Below, piece by piece: positions 38,137 through 52,906 of a stretch of 64,000 nucleotides of DNA. The notes beneath the pieces were generated by a model. It was not told where the DNA came from and ran no database searches. It saw only the letters and a list, made by a program, of their open reading frames with translations. Both the position numbers and the translations under genes were made by a program. This DNA comes from the human T2T-CHM13v2.0 reference genome, Homo sapiens, in the NCBI RefSeq assembly GCF_009914755.1, contig NC_060927.1; one strand, written 5' to 3'. Positions within the stretch are counted from its first letter, which is position 1, and each line of letters opens with the position of its first letter.

Positions 38137-40029
38137 TGTGTGCATTATATATATTTCAGGAAAAGGGTAAAGAGAAAGACAGGAAGAAAACAAATTGCAG
38201 AGAAGAGAAGGGAAGAGAATGCAAGAGAAAGGAGAAGGGACAGTCATAATGCAAGAGAAGGAAGAAAAGACAGTCATATTTACTGTATGATGTTCTTTAC
38301 CTGAATTACTTTATTCAAATTAACAAGGTGAAATACATTATATTTTAAACATTATAAACACCTCATATAATATGCATTACCAAGTATCAAATATTTTGTG
38401 AATTTTAAGTGGTAACATATTTGAAAGAATGAAAGGTTAATCAATTTTTTTGCACTGTAATCCTGAATTAAGTGAAATTTTAAAATCAAAGTCATTAAGG
38501 GAGATTTCAAAATAGAACAGGTTGATTGACATACTACCAAGATAATTTCAGGATTCAGAAAAGCTGATAGGTATTGAAAGGAAATATAAATTAATTTTTT
38601 TTGTAAGAAATGTCTTTTGATCCTATAAGGCACTTCTGGCCATATTCCTTAGTCAAACTGATGGTTGAGTTATATCATGCTAACAGGATGTCTTTTTCAT
38701 TAAACATAATCTTTTCATGAAATTCAAACAAAATCTAAATTTAATTAAAATACAAAAGTGTACAGACTTTTAAAAGGAAAGAAATACTACATAAGTTCAT
38801 AATTAAAATAATTAAAGCAGCACTGGACTGTTTGAAGCTGATGAGCTATAGCTCTAGCAAATGCTATCTGATTATTCAGGAAGGAGGAAGATCTTCATAT
38901 GATCCTGATAGTATATAAAATTTTGGTTGGCATTGAGTTTGCTGGATAGTTACCTATTGCATTGCAACCACAAGAACACAAACAAACTCGAATTGATGAT
39001 ATTCATACTGTTGCTAAACTGAAAATCTTGATCAGCTTCCTAAAATGGCCAGTATTTAAAATTTGGGGGCAAACCTGTTTATAACTGTATATATGTGTGT
39101 TTACTGAATTTTTAATAGGAAAATGTGAGCAACATTGTCTTCTAGTCAAAATTCTTAGTGTTCATGACTAGGAAAAATTTATTCTACATTAAAATAAAGT
39201 CCAGTATGCTTGAAATTCCTATAGGTGTTTTCTGAAATCTACTGCTTAAATCAATAAATGTACTATTAATTACAGAAAAAAATTGTTGTCTTTTCATTAT
39301 CAAGCCATAACTGCTCTGTCAAAATTTCAAGTCAATGCCAGTGTAGTTTTTCACACTTATGTACATTTTCATTTTTACAGTAGTGTCTGACTAACATAAT
39401 ACTAATGATGCTAGTGTCTGCAGCCAGCTATCTGTTTACCTCTTCCACAGTCTCAACCTACATTGAAGGTACCTAAGAATTTATCTTACTGGAGGGCCAT
39501 TAACAGAGTTAGACCAAATTCAAATCCCATTAATGGTCCTGCTCAATTTGTGGCAGATGTTTCAGAATTCATGGCATACTGCCCTCAATTAAATGAAAGT
39601 GACTGTATTTTAAGTTTGACTGAAGTTGAGCAGTAAGTAGAATATGGTGCAATACCTTTATTATGATTATAGACCAAGAAGAGACTCTTCAGTCATATTA
39701 TTGTAAAACTATTCTTAAACACTTTTAATCTGATCTCCTGTTGTATGCCTGCTATATATTTGTAAAAAATTACAAATTAGCAACTTTTTTTGCAAGTCAT
39801 AATCATTTCCTAAAATGAGAAATACTAATTAAAAAAATCTTGGCATAAAAGCAAATGAAATTTAATTACTGTCATTAAGGACTGATTGTTCATCTAGCTC
39901 AGCCCAGTGTTAAAAACAGGTGTTTTATTCAGGAGTCCTAGTTGGATAGACTATCTCTGTAGTGTTTCTCACAATTTTATCTCTGCTTTTCCATTCCTAC
40001 TCCCACCATCATTATTCATTTATTATTAC

Positions 40030-40250
40030 CAATTTCAATAACATTTAATATTTACAGAGTTAAATGTGTTAATTTTTATTTATCCTCATAACAATACTGA
40101 ACTCTCTATTATCCTAGATTACGAAGGAGAAATCTGGAAAGGAATCTACAAAGGCTGAAAAAATTATTCAAAACACTCAACAAAGGGCAGAGACTGTATT
40201 TCAACCTCAAATCTTATTAATTTGCAAATTCGTGTTCTTATTGATTCTAC
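40030..40250 (-). mobile_element. MIR fragment
   Basis: atttatcctcataacaatactg...tattatcctagattac...ggcagagactgtatttcaacc. Confidence 0.5.
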
Positions 40251-40422
40251 TCTTTACAGCTAAAGATTTGCAACAACTTTCTAAAATCATACTGTAAATT
40301 TACAGATTTCTATCAGATTATCACAATAATTTACTTATTGTCAACTTCTCTGAAATGTTTACTAGTTTCCTACTGGCTACTGGATTACATAAAATAATCA
40401 TCCATGCATTCATATTCCTATT

Positions 40423-41080
40423 TGTTGGGGCTCAAAAGATAATACTTTAAAGTATGGTGGTTTGGTATGCTGAGAACTTTGAACTGTAGGACCCTGGAAG
40501 GGCCTTAGAAGCAAAGCCTCTTTTCTGACCCTTCTTTCTCCTGTTTACCTTTCTCCCCCAAGCTAGGCCTTAGAAACTAGGATTCCTCTTCCCTGAGGTG
40601 GGTCACATTTTATGGCATAGAGCCAGCCATAAAAGCTAGGGATATAACTCTAACCCCACCTTTCTGTGTAAGTGCTTCCCCTAAAAAAATTTTCTGACCT
40701 ACCTTGTGTGAAAGTAGATCATAAGACCCTCATTCCAGAAGGGGTTCTGCCTTATACCTACGATGAAGGAAGACCACACAGAGAAGCCAAGAATCCAGAC
40801 AGGCCTCACCAGGCTTCTCCACTAATTCTGTAACTGTTAGAGCATTCCCTTTGTGTCCAATCACATTTCCACACACTGTTCACTCTTTACCAAATCTAAG
40901 TGTAAAACTAGACAGTGTTCCCTTCAGTCTTCATTCTGAAGGATCCTGTGTCACGTAAGACTCTGATTAAATAAATATGTTGTGTTTTTCCCTTGTTGAG
41001 TTGTCTTTTCTTATTAAGAGTGTTGGTCGTGAACCTTATGATGGGTGGGGAAAGATACCACATTTTTTTCTGCCCCTACA
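40423..41080 (+). mobile_element. MER39-like ERV1 solo LTR (within L2-like sequence)
   Basis: tgttggggctca...aaagtatggtggtttggtatgctgagaactttgaact...taagaccctcattccaga...attaaataaat...gcccctaca; TG...CA ends. Confidence 0.8.
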
Positions 41081-41639
41081 TCTCCATGTTGTCTTCAAAC
41101 TCATGTATCACCGCTCCCAAAGCCATCAAATTGTCTTCAGCCTGTCTCACCTACTTTGCATTCCCTGAGCATGCTTAGGCCTTTTTCTCTAGCCTGATTG
41201 CGTCTCTAGCATTGTGGTTCCCGAAATCATGCCTGTCCTCAAAGTCCTCTCCGAGATATGACATCTTTTCCATGAAATCTTTTCTAATCTGTCTCCACCC
41301 TCTACCTTTCAAATTTCCTCAATTTCCAAAACTTAAATGCCTCACTTTTCATTGACTTTCCAGCCACTGCCTTGTTACCAGTATTACTGCACATCTTTCA
41401 TTTGAATAATGTGATGCCTTGTTAATAAGTTGAATATAAATGCCTCAAAATTATCCCCCATGTGTTTCTGTGGTGCTTCCTTTCCTATAGAACTTATTTT
41501 GATCTCCCTTGTAGATAAATTTACAGTCTAATAAAACAACAAAAAATGTATAATATGTATTCCTCTGTAAACCTTTTTAGGTTTTTTTATGGATTGGTTT
41601 GGTTTCAGTTTAGTTACTTTTAAAGATCATGGAAGAGTT

Positions 41640-42065
<426 letters not shown>

Positions 42066-42075
42066 TCACATTAAC

Positions 42076-42165
42076 TAGGGTGAGCTAATGCTTTATTTTC
42101 CAAACTGAGATAGTTTTGAGAGAGAACAGGCTCACTATAATTAAACCAGGACAATCCTGGTAGAA
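42076..42165. mobile_element. MER81/MER94-like hAT-Blackjack fragment
   Basis: tagggtga...ttccaaactgagatagttttgagag...aaaccaggacaatcctgg. Confidence 0.55.
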
Positions 42166-42169
42166 CTTC

Positions 42170-42290
42170 ATTCCATTAACTGACAGTGTAATGTTAGGCA
42201 AGATGCTTCATTATTTGGGGACTCAGTTTCCCCATCCACAGATGGCAAGTTTAAACTAAATATTTGTGATTTCTTCTGGCTCTAAAATTT
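42170..42290 (+). mobile_element. MIR fragment
   Basis: ttaggcaagatgcttc...gactcagtttccccatc...cttctggctctaaaatt. Confidence 0.6.
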
Positions 42291-44387
42291 GTAAAATAAG
42301 TTAAATAGTTTGTGCTATGAAATATACAATGATATTGAACATTTGTAAAATTTTCTTATAAATATTTTTCCATGTATTTTGCATTTTTTAGTTTAGGGAT
42401 ACGAATGCAGAGAATGTTAGTGGCAAAGAACTTTGCTAGAAAATGCTAAAATTTAGAACTATTTTTTGGAGTTGAGTTTTTTTTAGATTAATTTAAAAAG
42501 AATTGAGTAACAATACAAATTGAGTAATTGGTAACATACAATAGCTTATTATAGATTAATACATATATTGAATATAATCTTCAGGCTTCAAAGAGGAGTT
42601 GTGTGGGAAAGGCTTTGGAAGTGTCTAGAACTCTGGCAGATAAAAAATGGGAACTGCTCCAAAGAATATATATAGGAAAGTGGATATGGGAAAAGGATAT
42701 GTGACTGTTTTGGGAAAGGTAAATTGTCTTAAATGTTTTAAAACTTTTTGGAAAAGAAAAAAGTACTTTTTGGATAATCAACTTTAAGAGTACTAGAAAT
42801 AATATTTTCTTAAATGTGTTTCATCCAAATTAAACGTTGGAATTGTTTCTGTTTTCATGTAGAAATTAAAGCTTTTTTTTCCCCCTTAAAGTGACTTTTG
42901 AGGTGTGTGGTCTGTTTACATCCTTGTATACTCCAGTGTCTAGAAGTTGCCTGAATTTCAGAAGTCATCTAGAGATTATCTCAACATCTTTCTGTAGCAT
43001 TTTAATACATTCATCCGGTTACCTCATCACAAATGCCAGGAAATAGGCTGACCAGATGCAGATAAAAATATTACACTCTGTTTTAATGCCATTATTAGAA
43101 TTTCAAAAAAGAGGAAATGATCCTTAATTGTAGATTCAATTGTTATTTGCAGGTGCAAAAGGAAACTTTGGCTGCCTCATTTAATAACCTGTTCAAAGAG
43201 TTCAGAGGTGAATTAAAAGGATAGTAGAATTTAATAAGTGGCTAATTTAACTAGGTGTTGCCTGGAGAAGTTTATGAGTCCTTTAGGGAAGGAATAGTAC
43301 TCTATATTAGCAAAAGTAACTCCTATTAACTAATCACTTAACATCAGAAAGGTATAAACCTGTTTTTCCTTTCTAAGGTATATTTGCTTGTTTTTTAACT
43401 GTTGCCAAGAAAATGATTAAAGTTTGTTGTTATTCAGGGTCTGGGTCTGGAAGACAAGTGTGTCTGAAACTTGCCTACTCCATATTTCTACTCAAATAAT
43501 ATAGCTTCTTCAGAGAGGAAAGTTTTATTACTGTGGGAAGAAAAATAAAGAAACATAGGGATTAAATTGAATATATTTCTTAGTTTCCTACATTAACTGA
43601 TTTTGAGGTTATGCCTTCCTTCAGCTGTTGTACCAAGAAAAAAAGGCAATAAAAAAGTTATACAGTACATTTCCATGATTGATTATATGTTGCGTTAAAT
43701 ACTTAAATGTAGAGTTGTTTTCTTATCAGAGTCTTCAGTTACAATAGCTTGGTATTTTATTGAACATTCTTATGCATTTTGAAAATGTGATATAAGTTAG
43801 AAGGTAATCTTAGAGAATACATTTTTTTCCTTGTGTAGTTAGGTAGAATTGTGTTAGACTTAGGGTGAAATTATCATGCCATTTCTAGATATAATAGTTG
43901 TGATTTAGATGTAAAGTCTTCCTTTTTTATTCATTTTAAACTGATTGTTTATACATGCACCTTATATTTTTATCCAAATGCATTCTTTAAGAAACTAATC
44001 ACAATGAAATATGAGTGTCTGTGTTTTACAGACATTTTCTCCAGCTAGAGATTTTCTTCTTGTTACCATTTTTATAAAATATGATAGAGATCTGGTGAAA
44101 AAGGACTGTCTTACTTAAAAACAGAAGCGAAGTTTAGACAAACTTTAAAAAAGTAATTTGGGAGGTTTTAAAAAAATTTTATAGTTTTTGAGAAACTTTA
44201 AAAAATGAATAGCTTTACATTAAAGGAAATACCAGATTTAGAAGGCCAAAATCCATTTATCTCATGTACGTTTGTCATTCTGGATTAGAATTTGTGTGTG
44301 TATATAATTTCAATATATAAGACACACATGCACACAAACACTAATTAGGTACCATTAATTTCTATTTGGCCTATGAATTTTTTTAAA

Positions 44388-44516
44388 ATTTTTTCTTTTT
44401 AGTGACAGGGTCTCACTAGGTTGTTCAGGCTGGTCTCCAACTCCTGGCCTCAAGTGATGCTCCTGCCTCAATTTCCTTGTGAGCTGGGATCACGAGCACA
44501 AACCACTGCGCCTAGC
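44388..44516 (-). mobile_element. FLAM_C / Alu left monomer
   Basis: gacagggtctcactaggttgttcaggctggtctccaactcctggcctcaagtgat...ccactgcgcctagc; flanks tgaatttttt. Confidence 0.85.
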
Positions 44517-44704
44517 TTGAATTTTTTATCAAATACTCAAATACATGTCAATATTTTTTTTCTCCTCACAATTACATAACTAAGGGATGCCAATATAGGT
44601 TCTCATAGACAAGAAGATACAAACAAAAATAGACTGAATAGAGTTATGAGAGAGGAATCCACATAACTAGAGTTGGTACTATATGAGACAGTGGTAGTTG
44701 TTTT

Positions 44705-44935
44705 ATAATAATAAGAATAATAATTTACTGATCATGTATGCATTATTGAACATTATACCAAACACTTTATTTACATTTTTACAATTATTTCTCAGAGCAA
44801 ACTTGAGACACATACTATTGTTGTCCTTATTTTACAGATAAGGAAACTGAGGCTTACAGAAGTTAAATCATCTTCCCAAGATCATAGAGCTAGAAAACAA
44901 CAGAGTTGAGCTTGTAATTTTGGTCTAGCTAATCT
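44705..44935 (-). mobile_element. MIR (MIRb-like)
   Basis: attttacagataaggaaactgaggctt...gttaaatcatcttcccaagatcatagagctag. Confidence 0.8.
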
Positions 44936-47356
44936 AGATTAAAAAAAAAATCAGAATATGACAATTCTTGCATCCCTGTTTTACAGTGCCTTTCCTGATC
45001 ATAATGAGTTCTTATAGAATTTTGTTATGTCCCTTAATATAACGAAGACGGGCTATAATAAAAAATTATTTATTATAATTAATTAAGTTAAAATTGAAAT
45101 GTTTTCATTGTAATTTTTTACAATATAAACTTTACATTTAAGTCTAATTGCTTTAATAATTAGTGCTTAGACAGTGTTAAAATTGAAATAAAAATGTATG
45201 TTTGCTTTTAAAGAATAATGCTAAAATCCAAATTCCCTACCTTAGGTACCCCAGTCTGAAAAAGTTATGAAAATAACACAGATGTATGAGCTTTCAAATT
45301 TAATGATTTTAATGCTTTCTTCTTTCTTATGCACATTCAGTACTCAGTCTAGTTATATGAGTTAAGAATATTCTAGCCAGTACAAGGAAGTTTGTAAACA
45401 TATTGTTTATATTAACTGTCTTGTGTTTGGCACTGCTGCTCATTATAAACATCTGGATTTTACCTCAAGTACTTAAAATTGTTGACAGCAATTTTTGATA
45501 GTATTAGAAGTGAGAAAACAAAAACGATGAGCTTGATATGAAAAAGAAGAAAGGTTTAGGAGTAGGAATTAGGAAAAAGGAGTGCAAATTGAGAAAAGAG
45601 GTGCAGAGATCTGGGTCAAAGAGAAAAGGTCAGGCAGATGAAGAGAAAAGTCTTGGAAGGTATGTAGAGGATGACTGAAAACAGATGCCAGCAATAGTCA
45701 GGAGAGAGCCGAGGAGAGGAGATGGTGGTTCTGAAGGTTATTTATTCTTTAAAGATAGAGAAACAGAAATTAGATGGCCTTTTATGTCCAGAGGGGAAGT
45801 CCAAAAAGGACTCTTCTTATCCACCTTTGAAGAGAGAAACCATGAAGACACACTCAGTGGGTGTAGACTGCAGGGCCAGCTCATTGCTCTTCACAAAGAT
45901 GTCATTAATGTTAATATCTACTGAAAACGGTTGTTGCAGAATAGCAGAGGAATTAATGCACATAGCAAGGACTGAATAAATGCATGTCTTTATCATTATT
46001 ATTTTGATATTATTTCCTTTGCTACTCACCAGTTTTCTCTGAGTAAAAGCATTTGGAAATTAGAGTAATAAAAAAAAAATAAAAGTGTAATGGAATCATC
46101 CTGATTTGAGATATTTGTGATACAAAGATCTAAGTAGATTTAAATTTTTTTCTTTTTATTATCAATATAATTTTTAGAAACAACATATGGCAAAATTCTT
46201 TATAGTCACAGATAATATTTTTAAAAGAAAATATTGCATGGCTGTCTTTTATAGAAAGATTTTTCAATTGTACATTTTAAAACAGAAAATACTGAATAGG
46301 TAAAAAAGATAACCAAAAGTTAATGTACCTCTGTTCATAATTAGTTTGCTTTTTCTTGGGATGACTTAAAGAAATATTCTACAAAGAACAACACTGGAGC
46401 TTAAACAAAAAACTTTTAAATTATAAAATAAAGGGTACAAAAATTACATTTATCTTTAAAATTGAAGACCTCTTAAAAGATGACCTAACCTAGCGAAAAT
46501 TTAGATGAAGATATTAACAGGAGTTTATGTCAAAAAGTTCTAAAGCTTATTTTCTAATAAGGGAAAGGTTATGTAATGCTTATACTCAGCAAATTGCAGA
46601 AAACTGAAATGTTTCCTGTCATTGTGACAATATTTTGGTTTGTTGTCATAACAAGAAAACTAATATCCTGCATTTAGAAGTTTAATATTGCTAGTTATTT
46701 GCCAAAGATGATATTTTAAGGTATTTTATTTCATTCTTATCCTAAAATAATTGGCATTTGGCTATTATCAAATACACTGTGATCCAGAAATGTTATGTAT
46801 ATGTGTTAACTAGTTTAATGCATTTGGAAGAAAATCTGCATTACTGAAATCTAATCATTTTCATTTCAGACGGCTAGGGGTGTTCTGTTAAGTGGAAAAC
46901 ATGAATCAAACAATATGAAGGCAATGTGTAACCTACCAAATTATCCATTGGAGGCTACGTTCTTGATTTTATATAAGCAAAATATCTTGAATTGGACATG
47001 CAGTGTAATCAACAGTTCCCTTAATATGTCATGGTTTTCTATAAGGTTCTTCCCTTTGTTTGCACAGCTGCTTTCTAGAGACCTGTGTATCACATTTTAC
47101 TTAAATTCTTGTCACTGCTGTTTTAAACCTAGTGACCATTTCCTGGAAGAAAGTTACTTTGTGTAAATGTTTGATCTTATGATAATTTGATACACTATTT
47201 CATTATCATGGATAGTTCCCATTTTCCTATAGTTAAGATGTTTAGATTGTCCGAGATGCTGTTAAATTGTGACTTCATTAACAAGTAAGAAATGTTATAT
47301 TTGCAAATTTTAAGCCAGAGATAATATAATCTACAATATTCTAAAATGTAGTTTCT

Positions 47357-47451
47357 GCACTTTGGGACGCTGAGGCGGGAGAATCACTTGAGGTCAGGAG
47401 TTCAAGACCAGCCTGGCCAACATGGTGAAACCCTGTCTCTAGTAAAAATAC

Positions 47452-47484
<33 letters not shown>

Positions 47485-47648
47485 AGCCAGGCTTGGTGAC
47501 ATGCACCTGTAGTCCCAGCTACTTGGGAGACGAAGGCAGGAGAATTGCTTGAGCTCGGGAGGCATAGTGAGCCAAGATCAAATCACTGCACTCTAGCCCA
47601 GGCGACAAAACGAAACTCTGTATCAAAAAAATATAAAATAAAATAAAA
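47357..47648 (+). mobile_element. 5'-truncated AluS/J with expanded middle A tract
   Basis: gcactttgggacgctgagg...A30 at 47453-47482...; TSD aaaa(t/g)gtagtttct. Confidence 0.9.
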
Positions 47649-47736
47649 GGTAGTTTCTTTCAACCATTTTGTTAGAACTATTATGTCAAGGGGCAAATGC
47701 ATTTGCAGATTGATTTAATGGCTTTGAAAAGATATC

Positions 47737-47982
47737 TTATTATTATTTTTTTCTTTTACAGACAGAGTCTCACTCTGTCATCCAGGCTGGAGTGCATTGG
47801 GGTGATGATAGCTCACTGCAGCCTTGAACTCCTGGGGTCAATTGATCCTCCTGTCCCAGCATCCTGAGTAACTGGGATTACAAGTGTACGATGCCATGCC
47901 TGGCTAAATGGTTTTGTTGTTTTGTAGGGATGGGGTCTTGCCTAGCCTGGTCTTGAACTCCCAGTCTCAAACAATCATACTG
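47737..47982 (-). mobile_element. AluJ, degenerate and truncated
   Basis: gacagagtctcactctgtc...gatagctcactgcagccttgaactcctggg. Confidence 0.9.
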
Positions 47983-48059
47983 CACAAGAAACTGATTAGC
48001 AAGACACTGTGCTACTTGGTTTCTACCTAGGATGTTTACAATCTTGTTCATTTTAATGG

Positions 48060-48226
48060 TTTCTTTCTTTCTTTCTCTTTCTTTCTTTCTTCTTTCTCTC
48101 TTTCTTTCTTTCTTCCTTTCTTTCTTTCTCTCTCTCTCTCTCCCTCCCTCCCTCTCTCTCTTTCTTTCTTTTTTCTTTCTTTCTCCTTTCTTTCTTTTCT
48201 TTCTTTGTTTCTTTTCTTTCTTTCTC

Positions 48227-48270
<44 letters not shown>

Positions 48271-48302
48271 TTTTTCTTTCTTTCTTTTTTTTCTTTCTTT
48301 CT
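48060..48302. repeat. Complex (CTTT)n/(CT)n/(CCCT)n pyrimidine tract (Alu tail-derived)
   Basis: About 240 nt of almost pure C/T directly abutting an antisense Alu. Confidence 0.95.
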
Positions 48303-48558
48303 TGTCCCACTCTATTACCCAGGCTGGAGTGCAATGGCACGATCTTGGCTCACTGCAACCTCTGCCTCATGCCTCAGCCTCCCGAGTAGCTGGGATTACA
48401 GGCGCATGCCACTACGCCCAGCTAATTTTTTGTGTCTTTAGTAGAGATTGAGTTTCACCATGTTGGCCAGGCTGGTCTCGAACTCCTGACCTTGTGATCT
48501 GCCCACCTCAGCCTCCCAAAGTGCTAGGATTACAGGCATGAGCCACCGTGCCTGACCT
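48303..48558 (-). mobile_element. AluS with internal deletion
   Basis: cccaggctggagtgcaatggcacgatc...gagccaccgtgcctgacc; segment between ctctgcctc and tgcctcagcc missing. Confidence 0.9.
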
Positions 48559-51201
48559 GATCTCAGTTTCTAGTTGACTGTTTTCCCAGATCTTCAGTTA
48601 CCCTCAGGGTAAGCTCTACATTTTCTGTAACTGTATAGGAGAACATTCTTTGTTTCCAACTGAATTTTTCCAATAGTCAACACCTGTCCTTCCTTTTTTA
48701 GGGTCCAGAGTTAGTTACTGCCACAGTGAATGCTTTTCTTTCATGCATTTTTGTTTTTCATAGGATGACTTTTCCCTAATACTTAATGGTGAAATGATCC
48801 TTCAAAGCAATTCACTGGTCATTTCCTCTTTGAAGCATTTCTGGACTTGTCAGTTGAGAGAGAAGGTCACGCCACTTATGAGATGGTGAATGTGAGAATG
48901 CGATGAATTCTTGATTTGACGATATACACACATTCGCACACATACACTTCAGCTATTTGAGAGTAACACAGAGAAGAGACTCAAGCTTTTTAACTATGCT
49001 TTTATGTTGGAAAGTTGATGGTCCTTATAATTAACATAATCATTATTATAAGACATTGTTTTCTATTTACTCATAGGATCTGGCATCTTGTAGATTTCTC
49101 TATTAACTTTATTAGAACTCCTGTATATGTTCTCACACACAGCACAAGTAAAAGCTGTTTAAAAATATAAATCTTGATAAAATTATCACATTGGATGAAT
49201 CAGCCAATTTCTCAGGCATGATGAATTATTTTGGTAAATGACCAAGGGAAAATACTTGTAGTATATGTGACTAAAGCTATAAATTATTATATATAATGAG
49301 TACTTACACTCATTAACAAAGAGATAAACACATCTATTGAAACATAGGTAAATAAAAATGACCAAGGAGTTAAGAGCAGAGAAACATAAATGGCCAAAAT
49401 TTAGCTGATTTTCAAGTTATGAATATTAAAGCAAGAGGCCATGGGATAGAGGGAAGCAAAGAAATAAATGTTACAAATATTCTAGAGCAAGTGTTTGCAA
49501 GGGAGCTAAATGTCACTCATATATTACTGATGGGAATATTTGGTTGTTTTAATAATTTACTGAAGGGAAATTTAGAAACGTGTAAAACTCTTAAAAATAT
49601 AAATTTTTAAAAATAATTCTAACTGTAGAAACTAATCCAAAGAAAGGAAAATGTACAAAAATATTGGTTATGATAATAATCTTCAGAGTCTTGCTTTTAA
49701 ATAAGGGAAAATTATGGGCTATGGACATTGATTAAGATATTATTTGAAAAGGATATATTTAATAACCTGAACATATCTATTATTTCATTCAATAAAGAAA
49801 AACTTAGTAGTACAATCTTGTATTTGTATAAAAATGCAGATACATAGTAACGATAGAATGATACATAGGCAGTAACTGAGTCATTTTTGTTTTCTCGATG
49901 ATATATTTTTCTTTATTTTCTATGTCTTCTACTATGAATATCGTCAGAATACTTATCATCAGAGTACTTAAATTATGAATCCCCCAGGTGGTTAGCTATT
50001 TCTATGTTTCATAGAACAAAAATATACAGTTTTATTTTAAGAATTTATATTACCACACAACTCTATTAGAAGAGGTATTTGGTATTTTCTTAATTAAGTA
50101 GATAGGCTAAAATAGTGCATAACTAATTTGATTTCCAAAGCGTTAATTTCAAAAACATAGAAGAACTATATTTGAAATAATTTTCTTTATACCTAAAATA
50201 TTGTCTAGGGTCAATTGTATGTTTTCCGCATTTCCGGTACTTACCAGTGTCTCAATAAGGAACCTGGTGGAGGGCATTTATTGGAAGATTATTGGACTTG
50301 AAGAGGAAGAATGTTAATTGGATAGGATGGAAGCAGTCTTTTTGAGCATTACAACATTTGAGACTTCTTTTGTATTTGTGATCCTGAGATCCTGGATCCT
50401 ACACCTTGACAAATGTTTGATTCCTATGCAAAGAGGAACAAAGAGGCTTTATTGGCAGAAAGTCTTGCAATAGAATGTCTATGTCAATGTCTGTCTTGGT
50501 CAATGTCTGTATCTATATCTTTATGTGTATTTGTGTATCTGTAACTATGTATTTATACCTTTATCTCTATCTCTATCTAAACCAATTAATAATTTGTCCT
50601 AGGTAACCCCTAGATCCTAGTTTGCCTGTGGTTGCTCTATCAAGAGACAAGTCTGGAAAACCTATGTCCCATAGTTTCTTTTAAAGTATATAGGGAATCC
50701 CTTCTGTTTATGGCAGATAGGCCATATGTATTGCTATAGTCTGAAATTCCTGAATGGAGCTAAGGAGCAACTCCTATTTGGACCTAAATGTTTTGTGTAG
50801 CATTATTAAGGATTTCCCACTCCCTAACTCTTTTCACACGCAGACATACTAAACTCCAGCTTTTGCCACTTGGAGGTGTTAGTCTACTCACAGCGAACCT
50901 GCAGCCTATCTGTAAATTTAGAGTCATTGTGGCAAGTCTGAGGTTTTGCCTGGCAAATCAAATGACATGAAATAGTTTCTAATGTATAAGGTATTATTCA
51001 TGACTTCATAGGTGAGTGAGAACTGAGCTGGCTGTGTAACTGTTATGATACTGCTTATGATTTTGACATATATAAATTCTGTTTATAAATGTTTTTGCAA
51101 TAGTGGTCTTTCTCCTCCTTTGACTGGTAGGTAGCGTTTAATCATTGACAAGCTATATACTTCCTGAAAATGTCCTAAAAAAGAGAATATTCTTTGGGGC
51201 T

Positions 51202-51275
51202 TGCCCTCTCTCTCCCTTTCTTCTTCTCTCCTTCCTCCTTCCCTTCTCTCCCTCCCTGCCTCCCTTCTTTCCTTA
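51202..51275. repeat. CT-rich low-complexity tract
   Basis: ccctctctctccctttcttcttctctccttcctccttcccttctctccctccc. Confidence 0.8.
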
Positions 51276-51900
51276 TTTTTAACATACATGATGTATGAGA
51301 AAAAAGATAAACTATTTTTGTTTTTATTTGGTGAACTTATTTTGTTTTAACTTCCTGAATTATTTTCATTTCAATTCTTCAAAGCATGGGCAAAACCAAA
51401 CATTTTCCTTTTATTTACATATACAGTAACAAGATCATTTTCTTGATTCACTAAGATATATGTTAGCATGTTATTTTCTGTGAATGCTCATGATTTTAAA
51501 CATGACAAGTGTGCAAAATAAATGCTTTCAGATTATTAACATTCCTTCTCTCAGAAAATAACCTTGTTTGCTAATTTACAAGACCAGTTGTTGTCAACAG
51601 TCTTAAATCTTTTTCACTTCAAAGTCCCTGTATCTTCTTTCCTATCCATTTTCTTTCTCATAGGTTTTAGGAAAAATGAAAAAAATTCTTTATTCTAAAG
51701 CTTGAATTTTTATCAGTGCTTTGTTTTCATATCTTCCACTTCATGTGTTTGCTCAACTAATCCTCCTGTTATTTGGATTGTGGTGCATGCTATTTCCCCT
51801 GCAACCCCCCATGTCCTGTGTGGTTCTTTTCCATCAAACAATCTACCCAAGTGTGTCTCTATTCTAATGAAATCAACCACACTCCACACTTTCCTCAATG

Positions 51901-52352
<452 letters not shown>

Positions 52353-52860
52353 AATATTTTTTATATAATAAATTTTATTGTGCATATTTAAGGTATACAA
52401 CATGATGTTATAGGAAACATATAGATAATAAGAAAGGTACTATAGTGAGCAAATTAACATGACTATAATCTCACATAGTTACTTTTTTTTGGCAAGAGCA
52501 GCTAAAATCTACTCATTTAACATGAATCCTCCATACAGCACAGTTTCGTTACTTATAATTCTCATGTTGTACATTAGATTTGTAGACTTGCTAATCCAAC
52601 ATACTTATCTCTTCTGGTCTCCACCCTTTCTGCCTCCTCCTGGTAACCACTGTTTTGTTCTCCATCTCTGCGTAGTTGACCTTTTTAAAAAAACATTCTA
52701 CATATAAAGGAGATCATACAATAATTTTCTTTCTGTGTTTGGGTTATTTCACTCAGCATAATGTCCTTCAGGCTCATCCCTGTGGTGGCAAATAGCAAGA
52801 TCGGGTTCTTTTTAGGACTGACTAGTATTATGTTGTGTATATATAGAGTACAGTTTCTTT

Positions 52861-52906
52861 TTTTGTTTTTAATTATTATTATACTTTAAGTTTTAGGGTA
52901 CATGTG
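52861..52906 (-). mobile_element. Minimal young L1PA (PA2/PA3-like) 3' terminus with 15-bp TSD
   Basis: Reverse complement cacatgtaccctaaaacttaaagtataataataa...; flanked by gagtacagtttcttt at 52846-52860 and 52907-52921. Confidence 0.88.

Noticed and set aside
48032-48451. F/L/S-rich and K/E/R-rich ORFs
   Set aside because: Read-through of the (CTTT)n tract
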